In this document: positions 63,174 through 64,000 of the stretch, one piece after another
How the letters are laid out: every line of letters begins with the position of its first letter
Numbering within the stretch: position 1 is the stretch's first letter
Source: an uncultured virus (IMG/VR IMGVR_UViG_3300035511_000224)
Lineage: Duplodnaviria > Heunggongvirae > Uroviricota > Caudoviricetes
IMG/VR virus record: IMGVR_UViG_3300035511_000224
Strand: one strand, 5' to 3'
Length of the DNA stretch: 64,000 nucleotides
The notes under the pieces: generated by a model
Told to the model about the DNA's origin: nothing
The model's database searches: none
The model's input: the letters and a program-made list of their open reading frames with translations, nothing else
Position numbers and translations under genes: made by a program

Positions 63174-64000
63174 TTAGAAGCCTTTTCCCTTTTGGTGCTC
63201 GTAAACATAAACCTTGCCATTATCCATGTTAACGATTTTGAATTGAACGATTGAGCGTTCCGGAATATCATCCGGGAATTTAGCGACCAATATCTTGGTA
63301 ACCTCATCGACGTTTGAATAGCCAATATCCTCAAAGTGTGTAAGGCACTTACCCTTGAAGAATGCTGCTGCACGTATCAGCATTTTTGGAGATAAACGAA
63401 ATACGCCGTCATCCTCTTCATCCTCGTGTATCATCCGTCGCGAGGTGGCATCACTGAACAAGATAAAATCAATCACACGCTCGTTAAGCTTCCAGGCAGG
63501 CGAGAAGTCTATTCGTACATAACCTCTTGTCACACGAGCATATCTCTGAGAGTGATTCATGGCAAAGCCAACCTCGGACAATGAAGCTCCACAATCGTTC
63601 TGTGCTGTTGTGGCCCAGGTATGGCGGAATGTGTACACGCAGTACCATTGCTCCTTTGGTATTCCCATGGATTTGCATATCGCCTTGATGCCTATGTTTA
63701 CATTGGCGCTAAAACTGTCGTAGTTCGAATATCTCTCTCCGAAAACAAACAGATAGTCTGAGTCATCTCCGGCTTTATATTTCTCGAACATTGGTTTGAG
63801 GATCTCCGGCACTCGCATTTCCATGTATGCACCATCGCTTCTGCTCTTCGTCGTCTTTGCTCGCTTGTAATGGATGATGCCTCCGTGATAGTCTTCTTTG
63901 CGAAGGTTGTAGATGTCAACTGTGTTTATGCCGGCTAAACACAAACACATCAAAGCGACATCGCGTCCGAGCTCTGGAAGTGGAGAGATCATCTTCGTCT
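63174..64000 (-). CDS. int: tyrosine recombinase/phage integrase (5' part outside window)
   Basis: YKRAKT, YTFRHTWA, AMNH, VTRGY catalytic motifs. Confidence 0.88.
   Translation of the reverse strand, partial: TKMISPLPELGRDVALMCLCLAGINTVDIYNLRKEDYHGGIIHYKRAKTTKSRSDGAYMEMRVPEILKPMFEKYKAGDDSDYLFVFGERYSNYDSFSANVNIGIKAICKSMGIPKEQWYCVYTFRHTWATTAQNDCGASLSEVGFAMNHSQRYARVTRGYVRIDFSPAWKLNERVIDFILFSDATSRRMIHEDEEDDGVFRLSPKMLIRAAAFFKGKCLTHFEDIGYSNVDEVTKILVAKFPDDIPERSIVQFKIVNMDNGKVYVYEHQKGKGF

Overview
The window holds nearly a whole temperate phage (probably a prophage, short-tailed/podovirus-like) of a Bacteroidales host. The host is inferred from TAnnTTTG -7 promoters, A-rich starts without Shine-Dalgarno sites and typical gene families. 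From left to right: lysogeny switch (cI-like repressor, operators, face-to-face promoters); early genes (tRNA-Gln, RecT, nuclease, SNF2 helicase, HU, DUF4373-like initiator, loader ATPase, HAD 3'-phosphatase); tail/adaptor genes; lysis cassette; a complete diversity-generating retroelement (RT, TR and a VR at the C-terminus of a 2800-aa tail/adhesin protein, with 17 of 17 mismatches at TR adenines and no avd gene); capsid, scaffold, terminase and portal; a 7302-aa DarB-like polyvalent protein; ejection-like proteins; small terminase; a 21-bp-periodic iteron-like array; and a partial tyrosine integrase. Signals outside a standard annotation: (i) a 14-bp box exactly 21 nt upstream of the -7 element at six structural/lysis promoters; (ii) three small protein-like genes overprinted in the +1 frame of linkers of the giant gene, two with their own -7 element; (iii) an Avd-less DGR whose RT carries an extra ~109-aa C-terminal domain; (iv) a CotH-kinase-like motif set inside the DGR target; (v) an origin-like array detached from the initiator gene. 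All family assignments come from reading motifs by eye; no database searches were run.
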